Virus record (IMG/VR): IMGVR_UViG_3300026268_000003
Span: 1 to 55,635 of that record
Length of the DNA: 55,635 nt
Reading direction: 5' to 3' (one strand)
DNA from: a virus
Lineage: Duplodnaviria > Caudoviricetes
Position numbers and translations under genes: made by a program. The notes below the pieces were generated by a model. That model was not told the origin of the DNA. It worked only from the letters and a program-made list of their open reading frames with translations, and did no database searches. This document shows, one piece after another, positions 18,901 to 29,070 of the stretch (position 1 is the first letter of the stretch; every line of letters starts with the position of its first letter).

Positions 18901-21900
18901 AACTTCACGTACACTTCTTTCTGCACTTCTTATATCAGATGTTGAACCACTTATAGGTATAAGTGAAGAACTTAAATTATTATAATGTTCTATACGTTTA
19001 ATTTTATATTCAAAATTATCATATCTTTTTTGTATAGAACTAAATTTTACAAAGTTTTCGTAATTAGTATAATCGTGATTCAATTCTACACTCAAATCAC
19101 TTTGACTAATAAATTTATCTTCTAACTCGCTAGCAACATCAGAATTACTTGATACAATATTTTGTCTATTTTTCCAATCAGTTCTTGTACTTTCAAATGG
19201 AAGTTCTGTAGACCAATAATCTGGTTGTCTCAATACTATACCATCTATTTTTTCATCAACAAAATCTATTAAATTAATAACTTTGGCAAGTGGTGGTAAC
19301 ATTTCTCTTGAAACCCACACAAAATCCTTTTCATTAACACTTTTGGGTAATGGTCTATATAATTTAAAAACTACAGAATTTGGCCAATTTTTAAAACTTA
19401 AATTATCACTTCTAAAATTTGTTACTAATGAAACTCTATCACTACCTAAATTTATAAGTGTTCTCAAATCTCTTTTTTCTTTTAATCTCCAATTAGATTG
19501 TGCTCTTTTAAATGGATATTCCCATTCTTTTCCATGGGCCCACTCACCATCTTCGGCTTCATTTGGAGCTGGTGTACCAGGATTACCCCACACGTGTTTA
19601 ACAAATTGAGCTTCTTCTGCCCAACTCCTATCAACTTCTATAATTGTTGGTGATATAACATCAGTAATTTGTGCAACATATGGTTCATATGTTGGAATAT
19701 ATTTTACATCATCAACATAAATAATTTTATGTGTAGTACTAATATTCCCACTATTATCTCTTACACTAGCTTTAGCTACATAAGCACCTGGTCGTCTATA
19801 TCGTTTACGTTCAGTAAAAGTTTCTGTATCATGATATATTTTATCTTCTAACTCAACATCCTTTTCTATAACATCAGAACCATCTCCAAAATCAAATTCA
19901 TACTTTACAATTTGACCATCCACATCTTTAGCACTGATAATAAATGTCATTTCATTTTCTATATCAGAACTATTTTCTTCTTTACCATACGCGAACATAG
20001 TAATAGTAGCCGCTTCATTTGGAAATATTGTTACTTCACGTGAAGTTGTTTTAGTGTATGTATCTATACCATCACTATATAAAGTAGTTAATGTGACTTG
20101 ATATGACCCAGGCGATTTATATATATGACTTGGTGGTATATCTTCACCTTCCGTTTCATCAAACTCACCATCACCCCATTCCCATAAATTCTTAACTGGA
20201 GTTGGTTCAGTTTTTACAGCAATTTTTGTTTGAAATGCGTCAACATCACCATCAATATATCGTAAAAACATATTTACTGTATAAATACCTGGCTGACTAT
20301 AAATATGATTATATGGTTCTATATTACCTGGTTCACATAATTGTTCATCGTATGTACCATCACCCCATTGCCATAATACACTATCAGCTATATGTGGAAT
20401 ATACATACAAGACCCATCATCAACGGCCGCCCATGGAATCCAATTCATAGCTCTATCATCAACACACCCATTTAAATTTAATTCTGGTAATTCACTAACA
20501 AATGGTGGTGGTGGATATTGTGCAATAGAAAATGGTGAAATTGTTCTACTACTTGTTAACCAAGCTTGATAATCATTTAATTGGTCTTGTGAAATTTGTC
20601 CTAATGAAATAGCGGTAGTAAACCAATCATATAAAGGATGAGCTGGCTGAAATTCATTAGGTAACATTTGACCATAAGTACCACTATCTGGGTCACTATC
20701 GTATAATGGAATTAAATCTGGCCCATAAATTTCTGTCCACGTAATTATTTCTTCTTCAAATTGAGTTACTGTTGCATTAAATTCATTTATTTGTGCTAAT
20801 AAATTTTGGTGTATCTCTATAACTGCTTGTACACCAATCCCATTTTCAGTAGCTATATCACCATAATTTATACCACCGGCTCCAGCGTAACCAGAGTCTT
20901 GTTGTTCCATTAATGTAAATAACCCTATACCACTACCATTTTGACCATATAAAAGACCATCAGATATACCTTGTATATCAAGGTCTTCTGGGTCAGGTGG
21001 CCCATAAGAACCAACTTGAAATACAAATGGTTTTATTGCAACTTGTGGTATTGGAGCAATTTTAAAATCACTAGCTACCCATTCATTATACGCATCTATG
21101 TCGGCCGGTGTTAATGAACCAAGATTTAATTCAGTTTGTATCCACCAATTTTCTAATGGAGTTTGAGCGGGCGAAATAGTTTGTCCATTACTAAATGTAA
21201 ATTGAGTTAAACCTAATGCCGCAAAATAATCATCACCTATTGCTACTTCTCTAATATCATGAATGGGAACAAAAAATGCACCCAACCAATTAGGAGTCAT
21301 AGTTGAGGCTGGTGGACTAAATTTTACATCAACCCTATCACCAGGTACTATATCATAAAAAGTTCCATCTTGACCTTGTAATGTATTTTCTTGTAAATTT
21401 ATTGGTGATTCACCAGTACTTGTTATTTCATAAAAATCAACTTGATTATCAGTATATGTTTCTACAACTGGGTCTAATACAACTTCTTCTGTAGTTATAT
21501 CTATTTCAAAATTTGTCGCTTGAATTCCATTAATCTCGTCTTGTACATTAGCCGAAAATCCCATATTATCAATAGTATCTACAAAATATTCTTCACCATT
21601 GTCAAGTCTAAACGTATCACCTATTTGAATATTATATGTTGCAGGCAAAGGTACATATGGTTCTGGTACACCAGCATTAAGTGCCGCTGTATTTGCAATT
21701 TGAAAAGAATTACCAACACCAACTAATGTAAATTCACCATCACTAAAACTAAGTGTTGATGGAACTTCTACTGTAGACGTACCATCATCACCAAAAAAAT
21801 CTGACGCGGCTGATGTATAAGAAGTATCAAGTCTAATTAACCTTGTTTGATTCCTTTCAATAATAGTACCTCTGACCCACGTATCAGAGTCACCAGGAAA

Positions 21901-22182
21901 TACACCTGCAGGTAAAGGTGGTGGGTCAATTGGTTCTGGTTCATATTCTACAACTTCTGGTAAATCTGCGGATACTGGTGGTTCTTCTGAATCTGGAACT
22001 GGATTACTTTCTACTGGAACATCATCGAATGTATCGTCTTGTGTTGGTGGTGGATTTGTATTTGTAAAGTCAAATGGGTCTTTTTGTATATTATAAGGCC
22101 AGTTTGGCCCAAAGTCTCCCTCGTCTTGTGGCTCAAGCATCCGTAATATTAATGTATCTTTTTTTCCACCCCATCTAATCAT
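15946..22182 (-). CDS. 2078-aa baseplate wedge-like protein with PKD-like and LamG-like domains
   Basis: Three PKD-like units (WQWGDG..HIYSQPGIYTV; WEWGDG..HIYKSPGSYQV; FDFGDG..YRRPGAY); YFLKTKGTSRAL..LISCYG (gp7/P2-I-like); TVEFRF..FTGSMMEFRYW (LamG-like). Confidence 0.7.
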   Translation of the reverse strand: MIRWGGKKDTLILRMLEPQDEGDFGPNWPYNIQKDPFDFTNTNPPPTQDDTFDDVPVESNPVPDSEEPPVSADLPEVVEYEPEPIDPPPLPAGVFPGDSDTWVRGTIIERNQTRLIRLDTSYTSAASDFFGDDGTSTVEVPSTLSFSDGEFTLVGVGNSFQIANTAALNAGVPEPYVPLPATYNIQIGDTFRLDNGEEYFVDTIDNMGFSANVQDEINGIQATNFEIDITTEEVVLDPVVETYTDNQVDFYEITSTGESPINLQENTLQGQDGTFYDIVPGDRVDVKFSPPASTMTPNWLGAFFVPIHDIREVAIGDDYFAALGLTQFTFSNGQTISPAQTPLENWWIQTELNLGSLTPADIDAYNEWVASDFKIAPIPQVAIKPFVFQVGSYGPPDPEDLDIQGISDGLLYGQNGSGIGLFTLMEQQDSGYAGAGGINYGDIATENGIGVQAVIEIHQNLLAQINEFNATVTQFEEEIITWTEIYGPDLIPLYDSDPDSGTYGQMLPNEFQPAHPLYDWFTTAISLGQISQDQLNDYQAWLTSSRTISPFSIAQYPPPPFVSELPELNLNGCVDDRAMNWIPWAAVDDGSCMYIPHIADSVLWQWGDGTYDEQLCEPGNIEPYNHIYSQPGIYTVNMFLRYIDGDVDAFQTKIAVKTEPTPVKNLWEWGDGEFDETEGEDIPPSHIYKSPGSYQVTLTTLYSDGIDTYTKTTSREVTIFPNEAATITMFAYGKEENSSDIENEMTFIISAKDVDGQIVKYEFDFGDGSDVIEKDVELEDKIYHDTETFTERKRYRRPGAYVAKASVRDNSGNISTTHKIIYVDDVKYIPTYEPYVAQITDVISPTIIEVDRSWAEEAQFVKHVWGNPGTPAPNEAEDGEWAHGKEWEYPFKRAQSNWRLKEKRDLRTLINLGSDRVSLVTNFRSDNLSFKNWPNSVVFKLYRPLPKSVNEKDFVWVSREMLPPLAKVINLIDFVDEKIDGIVLRQPDYWSTELPFESTRTDWKNRQNIVSSNSDVASELEDKFISQSDLSVELNHDYTNYENFVKFSSIQKRYDNFEYKIKRIEHYNNLSSSLIPISGSTSDIRSAERSVREVKNSFDGFEKYMYFQSSSYTTSSLGELHDTSWPKVSGTGTLLNPYVLAPTTSSQYLSWKAGNDDSASLHDRQNLDRLVNNLPLHVRDDDRNEQFFRFVDMIGHHFDDIWLYTKALTDINHRTNKVDEGLSRDLVHEVAKGFGWKVYDGKNLISLPKHQLGIEVSGSDNVAVQTSAESERDITREVWNRILVNMPYFLKTKGTSRALKGLISCYGLPTTILRVREYGGPVLPEQNTAYEVTRKYRRSLNFYGSQHVETTWTDDTNTGRVPDTVEFRFRAVQSGSGEFKQVLYQKGTDWAITLKDDGSEDNNGYLTFAITGSSSNAEISSSLLPVFDNEFWSVMLTRKSASQAPMVDDGNSRNIDYELFLKKYDATRNRIYYQSSASLNVDGRGGGAPQGMNNRFQQDADAYIGGDTTRTFGNQFTGSMMEFRYWNSPLSQSHFDNHVRAPKTYNGNHPSASYTDLVLRYSFNKEANHGTGSIDILDTSADQSYIQSGSARNYPDRDSYGYTEDVEQFVLPNFGPQMRRATKIRIEENRLIYGSKLSIDSRNEVSAYDLTSTDSNKLGVFFAPTDVINEDIMFSMGNLDFSDYIGDPRDQFKTYYRGLRKIKDLYWQKYTSPNSFWDYMRILKFYDKAIFDQIKSLIPARANAALGTLIESNIFERSKAIIGQPPEIENTYYEDFIDLNYAESASGQYLDTDGFISESMYPSFTGTEDYYQTFISESMYPSFTGTQDYYQTFISESMYPSFVGTQDYYQTFVSESVIPSFFGQYLDTDGFISESMYPSFTGEHNDYTSSINIFSDIFSWSGTYEDFSTLSLYGPNSSTTIDTYDTFLMPSLYSFTNNTRGDNIYSGSYIAGHNGGYSGGQDGKGIFEEVTIPMISSSRLSEYHKIEEYFYNSKESFYRAGNMNIKEHQRYHSNSSSLSPAEVTPLYESTTALRNLLFDGCKQTDDTTPDGKESVEVIITSPTILTTKESGDSKLSVE
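16536..16825 (-). repeat. Five 57-bp (19-aa) tandem repeats, FISESMYPSFTGTQDYYQT-like
   Basis: Visible in both DNA (aaaacttggatacatagattcactaatgaa) and protein. Confidence 0.9.
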
Positions 22183-22184
22183 AA

Positions 22185-23144
22185 TTAGTCTCCACTACCA
22201 ATCATAGAAGTAACAAAATCATATTCATCTGGACCTGTACTTGATGGTTGATATTTGGGTACTGCTTTATTAATTGTGGGAATAACTTGTCTTTCATATG
22301 GAATTAAAGGCTCAGTAGGTTGTGGAATCTCATCTGAAATAGCCGAAGGTATATCTTTTGTAAGAATTAATCTTGGTTCTTCATAAACTCTTCGTTCAAT
22401 ATGTGTTATATAACCTCTATCGAAAATAAATTCACCACCAACAGATTTTTTTGTAAATTGTTTACTTCGTGGTAATCCTTGTAATCTAATTGTTTTACCA
22501 CCAGGGCCATCTGGAAAAGTCATATCTACATTTAAATTTTTAGTACCCCAATGTTTTATTGTATGTCTTAAATTATTAAAAGATTCTTTAAATCTATCAC
22601 TATCAATATTATTTGGTACTAACCTAATTTCTTTTCTATCTTCTGAAATTTTATGTATCCAAGCAGAATTATTTTTTATTAACAATTCTTTTCTACGTTC
22701 AACTTCTTCGCCCTTAACTCCACTATAAATTAAATTATCATCATCAATATACCAAGGTAAGTCGGCGTTGTCTGGATATAATCTTTTTGGACCAGTATAA
22801 ACTTCGTTGTTGTGTGCATAAACTAATATAGTTTCATCAGTACCAAACTCTTCTCTTAAAAAATTATAACTAACTTGATATTTACCTCTCACATAACCTT
22901 TACTTCGTAAATCATTGCCTGGTTTTACTATTACATTATTACTTTCTATTGTATAATCTTTTGTAATAAAACTTTCAATTAAATTTTTTCCAGTAGCGTC
23001 ATAAATGTGACATTCAATATAATCATGAACTCCACCTTGACCAGATAAAAATGGAGGCCAATCATAACCAGGCATACCTACTTGTCTATTGCCACCAACT
23101 TCTAAAAGTTGTTTATCTTTTGGTTTTAATCTATGAACTGCCAT
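22185..23144 (-). CDS. Putative virion structural protein
   Basis: 319-aa ORF coupled to the 2078-aa gene within the baseplate block. Confidence 0.5.
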   Translation of the reverse strand: MAVHRLKPKDKQLLEVGGNRQVGMPGYDWPPFLSGQGGVHDYIECHIYDATGKNLIESFITKDYTIESNNVIVKPGNDLRSKGYVRGKYQVSYNFLREEFGTDETILVYAHNNEVYTGPKRLYPDNADLPWYIDDDNLIYSGVKGEEVERRKELLIKNNSAWIHKISEDRKEIRLVPNNIDSDRFKESFNNLRHTIKHWGTKNLNVDMTFPDGPGGKTIRLQGLPRSKQFTKKSVGGEFIFDRGYITHIERRVYEEPRLILTKDIPSAISDEIPQPTEPLIPYERQVIPTINKAVPKYQPSSTGPDEYDFVTSMIGSGD

Positions 23145-23185
23145 TTTAAGCTTCCAATAATATTATTTCCATACTGCCAAATCAT

Positions 23186-24208
23186 TCAAAAATCGAAGGG
23201 GTCAGATGTTTGGCTGTATGTAGTACCAACATCTTCTGCAAAATCAAAGGGGTCGGCATGTCGTGTACTTACATTATATGTAAATGTTCCATTTCCAACA
23301 TCTAATGTTACAGTTATACCTGCGTTACTCTGTAACTTAGTATTGAATTGTCCCATACCTTGATGAATATTATTCGTTTGAAGTCTAACTTGTACAACAT
23401 CACCATCATTAACAGATAAAGATTGTGCTCCCCATTCACCATCATTTACTTTAAATTGTGTATTAACACCTGTTGAACCTTGTCTAACATTAGCTTGTAC
23501 TTCTTGATTAATACCAGATATAGTTCGTGGTGCACTTTCAGCCCAATTTGGACGAGACCATACATCAAGTTCTTCTGACGGGAATGTAAATGGGTCTGGT
23601 GTTAAAATTGGATTTTCTGTAGCAACTGGTGTTGGTGTTGGAGCTGGTATTGTATATCCTCCAGTAATTGTTTGTTGTCCACCTATAGGATTACCAGGTG
23701 GAGCAATATTAAATACTGAATAATCTACACCAAACATAACAGGAACATCAACTTTACCATTATCATTAGCAACAATTTGTGTAACAAGTGTTTCTACAAT
23801 TTCTCTTGTAGGTTCAAGTTTATAATGAGCTGCATTTACAGTTCCTTCTGGTAATGGTTGTGGTTGTATTTGAATATTAATTGAAAAATCATTACTCATT
23901 ACACCATCAACTGACGCTCTAAAATTACCATTACCAAGTTCCACAACTTCTGCCGCGGATACTATATATAATCCAGTACTCGAATCTACTACATCTGAAA
24001 ATACTAATTCAAGATTGGCATCTGTTCCACCAGTTATTTTAAAAATCTTTAAATCTACAGCTGTAGCTGGTACAGTAACTTCTGTTGTCCCAGTAGGAAT
24101 TACAGTACTTTGTGTTTGTTGTTGAATATTATCATTTAAAGTATCTTGTTCCGAAATCATTCTTAATACTTTTGTATTATTTTTTCCACCCCATAATAAC
24201 TTTGACAT
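23186..24208 (-). CDS. Putative virion protein, 340 aa, N-terminal WGGK motif
   Basis: Start revised from 24292 to the ATG at 24208 (AAGGAG RBS; removes overlap with the upstream gene). T/V/P-rich beta protein with DPFxF motifs. Confidence 0.6.
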   Translation of the reverse strand: MSKLLWGGKNNTKVLRMISEQDTLNDNIQQQTQSTVIPTGTTEVTVPATAVDLKIFKITGGTDANLELVFSDVVDSSTGLYIVSAAEVVELGNGNFRASVDGVMSNDFSINIQIQPQPLPEGTVNAAHYKLEPTREIVETLVTQIVANDNGKVDVPVMFGVDYSVFNIAPPGNPIGGQQTITGGYTIPAPTPTPVATENPILTPDPFTFPSEELDVWSRPNWAESAPRTISGINQEVQANVRQGSTGVNTQFKVNDGEWGAQSLSVNDGDVVQVRLQTNNIHQGMGQFNTKLQSNAGITVTLDVGNGTFTYNVSTRHADPFDFAEDVGTTYSQTSDPFDF

Positions 24209-24221
24209 TTTCAATTTCTCC

Positions 24222-24521
24222 TTAGATATAATCCGCATCTGATTGTTCATTATATTTTTGGTCTTGTTCTTCAGCCCAATTTTGAGTAGCATCTACTTCA
24301 TGAGTTTGTTCTTGAATTGGATTATTAAGCCAATTTATAGTTAAACTACCCCACGCGGTTAAATTACCAGGCGTAACTAACACTTGATTAATTGGATAAC
24401 TTTGTGTTTCTCCCGTAGGTTCAATATATGTTGTAGTTGTTGTTCCACCAGTATCGGCTTGTAACATCCTTAATACTTTTGTATTCTTTTTTCCACCCCA
24501 TATTAATTTATAATTTTTCAT
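24222..24521 (-). CDS. 99-aa protein with N-terminal WGGK motif
   Basis: AAGGAG RBS; LIWGGKKNTKVLRML shared with two downstream genes. Confidence 0.65.
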   Translation of the reverse strand: MKNYKLIWGGKKNTKVLRMLQADTGGTTTTTYIEPTGETQSYPINQVLVTPGNLTAWGSLTINWLNNPIQEQTHEVDATQNWAEEQDQKYNEQSDADYI

Positions 24522-24530
24522 ATTAACTCC

Positions 24531-25478
24531 TTAATATCCTATTTTATTTTGTGAGTTAAAAGACTTACCACCAGATTTTCGTACTGGAGCTGGTCTTGAA
24601 CTATTACCCGTTACTCCTCTAACATCATCTACTCCAACCGCGTTTCTTCGGTTTTGAACCGCGGTATCTCTAGCTAAAGCACCTTCACTTTTTATTTCTT
24701 TATTAACTTCTTTTTCATATTCAACTCTTTGTTCTTCATTCTTAATATCACCAGGTCTTGCTAACATTGGTTCACCAACTAATTGATTAGCTAATAATCT
24801 AACTTGATGAACTGATTTAGCTACTTGGCCAGTAATTTGATATAAAGTTTCCATAACTGGTTTACCATCTTCTAATCTTTCTCTAATTTGTTGTAATTTA
24901 TCTTCATCTAATCTATCCATCGTTGGAACAAAAAAATCATTATCCCTATGAGTACCAAGTAATGCTTCGGCGTTACGCATTCTTGTATTAGTAATTGCTG
25001 GCCCTTGTTTTATACTATCATATAATGCTGGGTTCAACGTTACAACATCTTTACTTTTAAACCCCATCATATAAACTAAATCCATATTTTGGATTGGATA
25101 TTTTACATCATCTTGAAATAAACATAATGTTTTACTACCAGGTTTAGTTATTAATCTTCCATCCTTTATAGTTATAAATGGTTTATCATCTAACGTAAAA
25201 TCTCTATCAATAACTTCTTCAAGAATTTCATTTTTCATTTCATGATTTCTATAAACCATGTTATTATAAACATATTGATGTGGTGCTTCTAATCCCATTC
25301 CAGTTCTAACATCTTCATATGATTGTAATTCACCATCAATTTCATATGGTTGTGCTGAACCTGTAATTTTAGCTTTTGTCAACGCCGAATCAAGTTTTAA
25401 TTCATACTCTTTCTCATCTGCGTTAGCAAGTGATTTAAAATATTCATTATTATATAATTCTTTTGCTGTATATGGCAC
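24531..25478 (-). CDS. Hypothetical protein of the structural module
   Basis: 315-aa ORF with GTG start overlapping the upstream stop. Confidence 0.5.
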   Translation of the reverse strand: MPYTAKELYNNEYFKSLANADEKEYELKLDSALTKAKITGSAQPYEIDGELQSYEDVRTGMGLEAPHQYVYNNMVYRNHEMKNEILEEVIDRDFTLDDKPFITIKDGRLITKPGSKTLCLFQDDVKYPIQNMDLVYMMGFKSKDVVTLNPALYDSIKQGPAITNTRMRNAEALLGTHRDNDFFVPTMDRLDEDKLQQIRERLEDGKPVMETLYQITGQVAKSVHQVRLLANQLVGEPMLARPGDIKNEEQRVEYEKEVNKEIKSEGALARDTAVQNRRNAVGVDDVRGVTGNSSRPAPVRKSGGKSFNSQNKIGY

Positions 25479-26608
25479 TATCTTATCACCCTAAATTCAA
25501 AATCATTATCTACAATTTGCACTACTTCACCAATTCCACTACCACTTACTATTTTATAATTAATCCTATAATTTCTTTCTGGTTGAAACCCTTGTAACCA
25601 AACATCAAAGAAATTTCCAGTTGAATCACAACCAATAATTGAACCACTACCAAAAGGAATAATCACATCTTCTGTATACGCATCTTTTATTTCAAAATAC
25701 GAACTACCACTTGGTAAATATTTTGGTGTTACTTGATTTGTAGTGGTTGACGACCAAGTTTTTGCAGGAAATCTTTCTCTACCAACAACTCTAAATCTAA
25801 CTTTAGAATCCTCTTGATACTCTGGTCTAAGTTCTTTCATATACACTTCTAAACTATGTAAGTCACTACCAGTTAATGGACTCAACGAACCAGTATTCCA
25901 CGCAGTATCATTCCAAACTACCTCAAGTTTTGGTGGATATATAGTATGAGTTTCACGTGAAAAAAATCTAAAATGACCTAACTTAGTAGTACTACCTTCT
26001 GCTAAAGTAGAATCTGAATTACCAACGCTACCACTTCTTTTCAATATAAATCCGTCATTCGGATAAGAAGACCCACTACTAATCCAGTTGTTTACAATAC
26101 CAGTTACATCCATTCTAACATCACTAGCTTCATTAGTAAATGATTGAGAAGCTTCTAAGGTATATGCACCAGAAGTTCCATTAAACCATGTTCCACCAGT
26201 ATCATTAGTACCATCAACCCATTGGTCATTCGCTGTCGGGCCCGTTCTAAACCTCCAAGACGCACCATCGGTAATTGGTGGCCAATCAAGGTATCTTCCC
26301 TCTCCATTTTCCCAAGATTGACTAACGGGATATGCATATAACACATCACTTGAACCCAATTCTTGTGAATTAGCATCATACAAATTCAAATAGTATTCAG
26401 CATCAGATGGTATCAATCCACTATTAATTGACTCTGATATGTACGTTAAATCAAACTGAATTAAAGCTCTGGAAACATTTATTTGTGTACCAGAATCATT
26501 CATATCTTTACGTACTTCTAATATTTCATCAAGACCAGTATTCTGACTTGATGTTGCATTTCCTTCATATAAAGTTGTATCTTTTGTAGCAAATTCAAAA
26601 TAATGCAT
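25478..26608 (-). CDS. Virion protein with DNRLRE-like beta-sandwich
   Basis: ATKDTTLYE, SRALIQFDL, MDVTGIVNNW, FFSRE..PKLEVVW pattern. Confidence 0.55.
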   Translation of the reverse strand: MHYFEFATKDTTLYEGNATSSQNTGLDEILEVRKDMNDSGTQINVSRALIQFDLTYISESINSGLIPSDAEYYLNLYDANSQELGSSDVLYAYPVSQSWENGEGRYLDWPPITDGASWRFRTGPTANDQWVDGTNDTGGTWFNGTSGAYTLEASQSFTNEASDVRMDVTGIVNNWISSGSSYPNDGFILKRSGSVGNSDSTLAEGSTTKLGHFRFFSRETHTIYPPKLEVVWNDTAWNTGSLSPLTGSDLHSLEVYMKELRPEYQEDSKVRFRVVGRERFPAKTWSSTTTNQVTPKYLPSGSSYFEIKDAYTEDVIIPFGSGSIIGCDSTGNFFDVWLQGFQPERNYRINYKIVSGSGIGEVVQIVDNDFEFRVIR

Positions 26609-28644
26609 TATATTACACTCCCTACTACTTGACCTTTTATATCACTATCTGGGTATTTTAATTCAAAAATACAAGGGTCTAATGATGGATATATTACACC
26701 ATTTTTATAAGCCGCTCCCATATCATATATGTGACCAGAGTAACCATTTGAAGTTCTCCACTTGTTTATTATACGAACTGGTAATTGTACTGGGTCACCA
26801 GGGCCATCACCATCTAAATCAATTGAGAATGGTATTAATTGAGCTACTCCATCAACCAATGATATCTGATATGATATGTCTGCTACCATTATTGGTTGGT
26901 TAATTTCCCATCTATCAACATCAAAAAAGTCTTTAATCTTCTGAATACACTTTAACAATACTTCTTCTTTATTGTATCCAGATTTAGTCATAATTTTAAA
27001 ATCAACACCTATATTAACAATCCACGCATCTTTTAAATTTATAGCATCAGTTACCATTCTATACTGACCAAGGTAATTTTTTAAGTTTTCCTTTACGGCT
27101 ACATTAGTAGTAGCTAAATTTTTATTATTATCATAACCAAGTAAATACATATTTAATGCTAATGGATTGGGTATTCTTGTAGGAACTTTTGGAGCTCCAG
27201 TTTCTGGTGAGTCATCTTGTCCATATAGACTTTTATCAATACTCCAAATACCAGTACCATCATTTGCTTCCTTTTGGAATTGGAATTGAGCTCCTTCTAA
27301 TTGTTCGTCAGGAACTATGTACGCTTTAGCTATAGCACCATATTTAGCAGGCATAGAATACGCTCTAATTATATAATCATATTTAGTAACAGTCCTTCCT
27401 TGAGCTTGAAAATGAGCTAATGCGTTTTGTTTTATCTCTACAACACTTTCTTTACCTTTACCACCACGTGCTGGATTTGGATTGATAACTCCAAGTGAAT
27501 TTCTTGTTTGGGTTACAGTAGCACTATTAAGACCAGTAGAAGTTAAACTAATATTCTTTTCTTTTATTTCAAGAATAGAACCCTCGGCTACATTATGACC
27601 CACGCCGCCTCCATGAGCATATTTTATAGTTAATATTGTATTACTTGGAGCTAATCCATACGCTTTTGTTTTTAAAAAGTTAGCCGGGTCAAATGTTCTA
27701 TCTAACATAGAAACACCTTCTGGTAAAGAAGAACCTACATTATCTGGATTTGGTATGATTTCCTCGTCGGCTCCCGATGAAATACCAGCTCCAAATCGTA
27801 ATTCCATTCTACCATCGGTTCTTACATACTTTGTAAATCTCCTTGGTGTTTTAATTAATTTAATTAAATAAGGAACATCATCTGAATATTGTGATAACTC
27901 TGGGTCTGCACTATCTGCATTAGATACATCATCAAATACAATATCTTTTGCTAAAAAATCTACTTCATACCAATTATTACCATCATTATCGGTAACAGAC
28001 ATAATATCAGTAACATTGGGTTTAGCTAACGCAATTCTATCATATTTTTTAGCTGTACCAAAGGTAAATGTTTCAGTTGTTATATCACCACTATATACAG
28101 ATGCAGTCTTTTTTAAAAGATATTTACTTGGGTCTGTACCAGAAGTTTCATATATAGTAGTTGAACGTGGTGCTACAGAACTTGAATTTGCAAAATCAAT
28201 ATCTTCTTGCATTCTAAATATAATACCACTTGTTGATTTCATTTGAGTACCATTTAATACTTTCATAGCGTATCTATAATCTGGTCTAATAGTATCACCA
28301 CTACCTATAGCTGGAACAGTTTGAAATAAATCTACTTTTGTTGAAGATGGTGTAGCTAACTTTGGTTTATACCCCAATGATTGAGCTATTTCAAAAACAT
28401 TTTCTATTTCTTCTGCATAAGATAACAAAGATTCTTTGAATCTATCATCAATATAATAAGACAATACATCCCCAACATAGGCTGCCATTTCAATAAACAT
28501 CATACCTGGGTCTGACTCATTAAAATCATTAAATGTGTTAGGAAAGTATGTTTTAGAAAAATCTATTAAACTATCTTTAAAGTTTGAAAAATCTTTACTA
28601 AGATATTTTACTTCTTTTTTTTCTGATTTTGCCGGTGTAGCCAT
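26608..28644 (-). CDS. Baseplate wedge subunit (T4 gp6 / baseplate J-like)
   Basis: KDF..FKDSL..F, GMMFIEMAAYVGDVLSYY, AQSLGYKP, LRFGAG, GG..ES..EIK, RTVTKYDY motifs. Confidence 0.88.
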   Translation of the reverse strand: MATPAKSEKKEVKYLSKDFSNFKDSLIDFSKTYFPNTFNDFNESDPGMMFIEMAAYVGDVLSYYIDDRFKESLLSYAEEIENVFEIAQSLGYKPKLATPSSTKVDLFQTVPAIGSGDTIRPDYRYAMKVLNGTQMKSTSGIIFRMQEDIDFANSSSVAPRSTTIYETSGTDPSKYLLKKTASVYSGDITTETFTFGTAKKYDRIALAKPNVTDIMSVTDNDGNNWYEVDFLAKDIVFDDVSNADSADPELSQYSDDVPYLIKLIKTPRRFTKYVRTDGRMELRFGAGISSGADEEIIPNPDNVGSSLPEGVSMLDRTFDPANFLKTKAYGLAPSNTILTIKYAHGGGVGHNVAEGSILEIKEKNISLTSTGLNSATVTQTRNSLGVINPNPARGGKGKESVVEIKQNALAHFQAQGRTVTKYDYIIRAYSMPAKYGAIAKAYIVPDEQLEGAQFQFQKEANDGTGIWSIDKSLYGQDDSPETGAPKVPTRIPNPLALNMYLLGYDNNKNLATTNVAVKENLKNYLGQYRMVTDAINLKDAWIVNIGVDFKIMTKSGYNKEEVLLKCIQKIKDFFDVDRWEINQPIMVADISYQISLVDGVAQLIPFSIDLDGDGPGDPVQLPVRIINKWRTSNGYSGHIYDMGAAYKNGVIYPSLDPCIFELKYPDSDIKGQVVGSVI

Positions 28645-28653
28645 TTAAATCTC

Positions 28654-29067
28654 CTAAAAATTGGAAAAGAAAGTTAATTGTAAAGAATCAAATACGCCTG
28701 GTTCTATAGTAACACCAAACTCTAATGAAACATCAATTTGATTTGGATTCTGTTCATCTACGATAACATCAATTCTATTAACAACTACGTGTGGTAACCA
28801 CATTTTTATAGCATCTTTAATAGCTTCTTCCACTTTCATTGTTGTATCACTTTGAATTGGGTCAAACAAAATAGAATATAAATCAGAACCAAACTCTGGC
28901 AAAAATGGTCGTTCACCTTTCATTGTCAATAATAAATTTTTTATATTATGTGACGTTTGTTCTAACGTTGTTTGTGTTTGTTGAAAAAATCCAGACGTAG
29001 ACCTACCAAGTGGAAATGATAATCCAATCCAAGTATCTGGGTTTAAATCATTTTCTAATGCACCCAT
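28654..29067 (-). CDS. Baseplate gp25-like sheath-initiator protein
   Basis: NIKNLLLTMKGERPFLPEFGSDL..LFDP, AIKMWLPHV. Confidence 0.9.
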   Translation of the reverse strand: MGALENDLNPDTWIGLSFPLGRSTSGFFQQTQTTLEQTSHNIKNLLLTMKGERPFLPEFGSDLYSILFDPIQSDTTMKVEEAIKDAIKMWLPHVVVNRIDVIVDEQNPNQIDVSLEFGVTIEPGVFDSLQLTFFSNF

Positions 29068-29070
29068 TTA

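Noticed and set aside
24209-24292. N-terminal extension of the 368-aa ORF call
   Set aside because: Overlaps the upstream gene; the RBS and shared WGGK motif place the start at 24208.
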